From the NCBI GenBank assembly GCA_963693365.1, contig CAVNZM010000017.1:1341989-1405988 (forward strand): 64,000 nucleotides of DNA, written 5' to 3'. A program made the translations under genes and the position numbers. The stretch is from Amoebidium appalachense (lineage: Eukaryota > Protista > Ichthyosporea). Within the stretch, counting starts at the first letter, position 1. Each line of letters opens with the position of its first letter. Below, piece by piece: positions 61,177 to 64,000 of this stretch. The notes beneath the pieces were generated by a model, which saw only the letters and a list, made by a program, of their open reading frames with translations, was not told where the DNA came from and ran no database searches.

Positions 61177-61728
61177 CATGAAGCCCGTTCTACACCCCCT
61201 CCTCTCTCTTAACCTTGCCCTTTACTCAAAATTTACCCGAATCTCTGAAAAACACGGGGAGTGATCAATGTTTTTGAGAAATGTGGTTTGTAAGGGATTG
61301 CCTTTTTTTATTATTCATTTTTTCACGACGGATGACTAGTGTACCTGGTTTGCAACATCTCTCAATAACGGGAATGCTTTCACAGGCAACGTTTGGAGGA
61401 CTGGTGTCCATCAGCAGAACCAATCAGGTGACGGTAAATGCCGTCGTCCAATCAAATATGTGGATCGCCACCAGCGGGGCCGATCGGCTTTACGGATTGG
61501 TACATGCGCATGATTGTGGAACACTTACCGTCACCCAATCCAGGTGAGGGTTTACCCCTAGTTTAGGTCTAAAAAAAATTTTAAGCCCCTATTATAAACC
61601 GGGTCTTTTATAGCCAAAGCCATACATGTTTGGTTTTTACAGGTCACCATCGAAGTATAATTAGCACAGCAGATGTATAGCCTTAACATAACCTTATTAA
61701 CTCGCAATATGTTACACATTTGAACGAC

Positions 61729-61767
<39 letters not shown>

Positions 61768-61780
61768 CCACCCCCCGGGG

Positions 61781-61815
<35 letters not shown>

Positions 61816-63133
61816 TCTTCGTCTCTAGTCTCTGCATCGTTTAATGCAAACACCCCTGCTTACCGAACATCCCCCCCCCCCCCCCCCCCCCACCCCCCTT
61901 TTTCACTTATACACCTTCCTACGCAAGATAAATGTCGGCAGCGTCAATAAACACAAAAGCGAATGTCTCAGTTGGGTTTTCCCCTTAGGCTCGATAATAA
62001 TGGAGTTTCAGATATGTTCTGTCTATGATCTCCAATTCTTCTCTCTACCATATCACTAACACATTCCACCCTTTCCTCGCCCCCCCCTTCCCCCTCCCTC
62101 CCCCCCTCCCCCCCCCCCCCCCCCCCCCCTCCCCTCCCCTCCCCTCCCCCCCCTCCTCCCCTCCTCCCCTCCTCCCCTGCCCCCCCCCTCCTCCTCCTCC
62201 CACTCCGCTCTGTGATTTTCAGTTTTGATGCGAACCAGATTTCCAGTGAGGGAGCCATGTGTGGGGGCAGCATTTTGTCGGTGAGAGGTGTCACGAACAC
62301 CGTTATTGAGGTATGTGTGGCATTTACCCCCTCTCCCTCACCCCTCAACATCACTCCCCCCCCCCCACCCCCTCCCCTCCCCCTCCCCCCTCCCCCCTCC
62401 CCCTCCCCCCTCCCCCAGCCGGAACACACACACACCCCTCAAGTGATAAGTAGGTATTGTGAACTCTCTCACCGACACACTTTTGTTGCCAATCAAAAAA
62501 ATCGTGCTGTCCGTCTTTCTGTAGTTTGTACACCATCAAACCTTCCATTATTTATTCCTTACCCTCACATCCATCAACACAGGTGTGCATTACTTGAACG
62601 GCAAGAAAAACGAGTTCAATTTTTCTCTTTCGCTCCCCACCTCCCTCATTCTCCCCCCCCCCCCTTCTCCCCCCCCCCCCCCCCCCCCCCCTGTCTCTCT
62701 CTCTCTCTTTAAGTTCCCTCCCTCCCACCTCCCTCTCCCCTCTCTGCCCTATTAAGCAACCCAACTCTCTCCCGTCTTCCCTAACACATACCTTTCCCAC
62801 CCTCCTAACCTTTTACCTCCCCATCTCATCCCCCCCCCCCCCCCTCCCTCCCCCCTGGCGCCTCCAACCTCCTTTCTGTGGTTTCTCTGGTAAGAAGACA
62901 AATTTTTGCAGTCCATATTCCCGTCTTTTTTGTCAAAATTTGAAATCAATTTCCGCATTATCATGACTGACCCGCACCTCCACCTCCCCACCAACACACC
63001 CCTGCAACCACCGTCACACATGTGCACACACCCACACCCTACACATGCACAGAACACGGAGATGAGTGGGAATACCCTCAAGTGCGCCACAAACGTCACC
63101 GGGGGGGTCGTATGGGTTTCAGCTGGTCAGAAT
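57949..63133 (+). CDS. Secreted or cell-surface protein with right-handed beta-helix (pectin-lyase-fold)-like repeats, 5' part
   Basis: Phase-consistent exons: 57949-58000 (signal-like [17 protein letters not shown]), 58762-58920, 59532-59720, 60094-60228, 60761-60948, 61386-61543, 62223-62310, 63053-63133. Repeating I.xxxF..N / GG-hydrophobic patterns ([42 protein letters not shown]). No stop codon reached. Confidence 0.75.
58503..58566 (+). repeat. Intronic interspersed repeat fragment (B variant), reversed relative to the other copies
   Basis: CATGTGTCCTGCACCATGCTTCTCGTCGTGTACGCGTACTTCGTACCGTGTTCCGCGTTCAAAC followed by a C-run closely matches the reverse complement of 41952-42015. Confidence 0.8.
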
Positions 63134-64000
63134 GTGAGTGTGCATGTGCTGGGATATAGGTGGTATTAAAAAGGTGGAGCTGTGTTGTTATGATCGGGTA
63201 TATGCTTCTTGGGAATATGAATCATGGTGATACAACTCCTGTGGATATTTTCTTGAAATATACTTGTGGGAATAGCGGGGGATGGATTGGAGGAGATGTG
63301 ATATAGGGGAGTCCTTGTAGAGTTTTCGTCGTGGGATATATTTGTGGGGATATATTCTTGGGAATTGGTGGTGGTATACGGGATATACTAAAGGGAAAAT
63401 GCTTGTTGGAATGCATTGGAGGAGATATATGGGATCAACTCCTGGTGATATGCTCGTGGAGCTGGGTTGATGGGTGTATACTCGTGGTGATATAATCCTG
63501 ATTTACCCCTGTTTAGTAGTGGACAACTGTATGTGTGAGTGGGGTGGGGGGGGGGGGGGGGGGGGGGGGGAGGAGGGGAGGGGAGAAAGGGGGTTCTTCA
63601 TGTAAATCGTGTTCTGCACTGTGAATTCTGACTTCATCCTGTATACATATAGCTGCCTGTAGACTACCCCTCCCTTTGCCCTCCCTCGCAACGCCCACAC
63701 ATACCCTTTCCTCCTGTTGCCTCGCCCCTCCTCCCTTTCCCCTCTCCTCTCCCCCCCCTCCCCCTCCCTTTCAGATTTTCTTCAGCCCACGCCCAACACA
63801 CACACACCACCATCCCCACCACCACTCATCATTCCCTACGACACCACATGCATACACCAACTAATGCAACGACTAATCAACCACAGAATCGCCGAAGGAG
63901 ACAAAACCAAAACAAAACTGACCAATCATCAGACACCACGGACACGGCTGATCCAACCACAGACGAGCAAGACACATCAACCGATCCGGCCGAAACCCAA

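Overview
Eukaryotic, intron-rich DNA saturated with poly-G/poly-C runs and (CA)n/(CT)n microsatellites, so almost all ORFs in the six-frame track are repeat artefacts. Manual GT-AG exon joining supports these genes: a partial Pro/Gln-rich gene on the minus strand (1-3171); a cluster of PiT/Pho89-family phosphate transporters (two intact, nearly identical + copies flanking an inverted pseudogene); an 18-exon TOM70-like TPR gene; a PRRC1-like gene; and the 5' part of a secreted beta-helix-like protein. The gene content suggests a unicellular opisthokont or holozoan, which is inference only. Non-coding highlights: a fixed-spacing CCAAT-N18-CACGT(G/T) element upstream of all three PiT copies; two paralogous intronic box C/D snoRNA-like RNAs with an 18S rRNA antisense guide, one preceded by a tRNA-like A/B-box head; an intronic repeat family anchored on poly(C) tracts and always in host-gene sense; and several MITEs (hAT, piggyBac, Kolobok-like).
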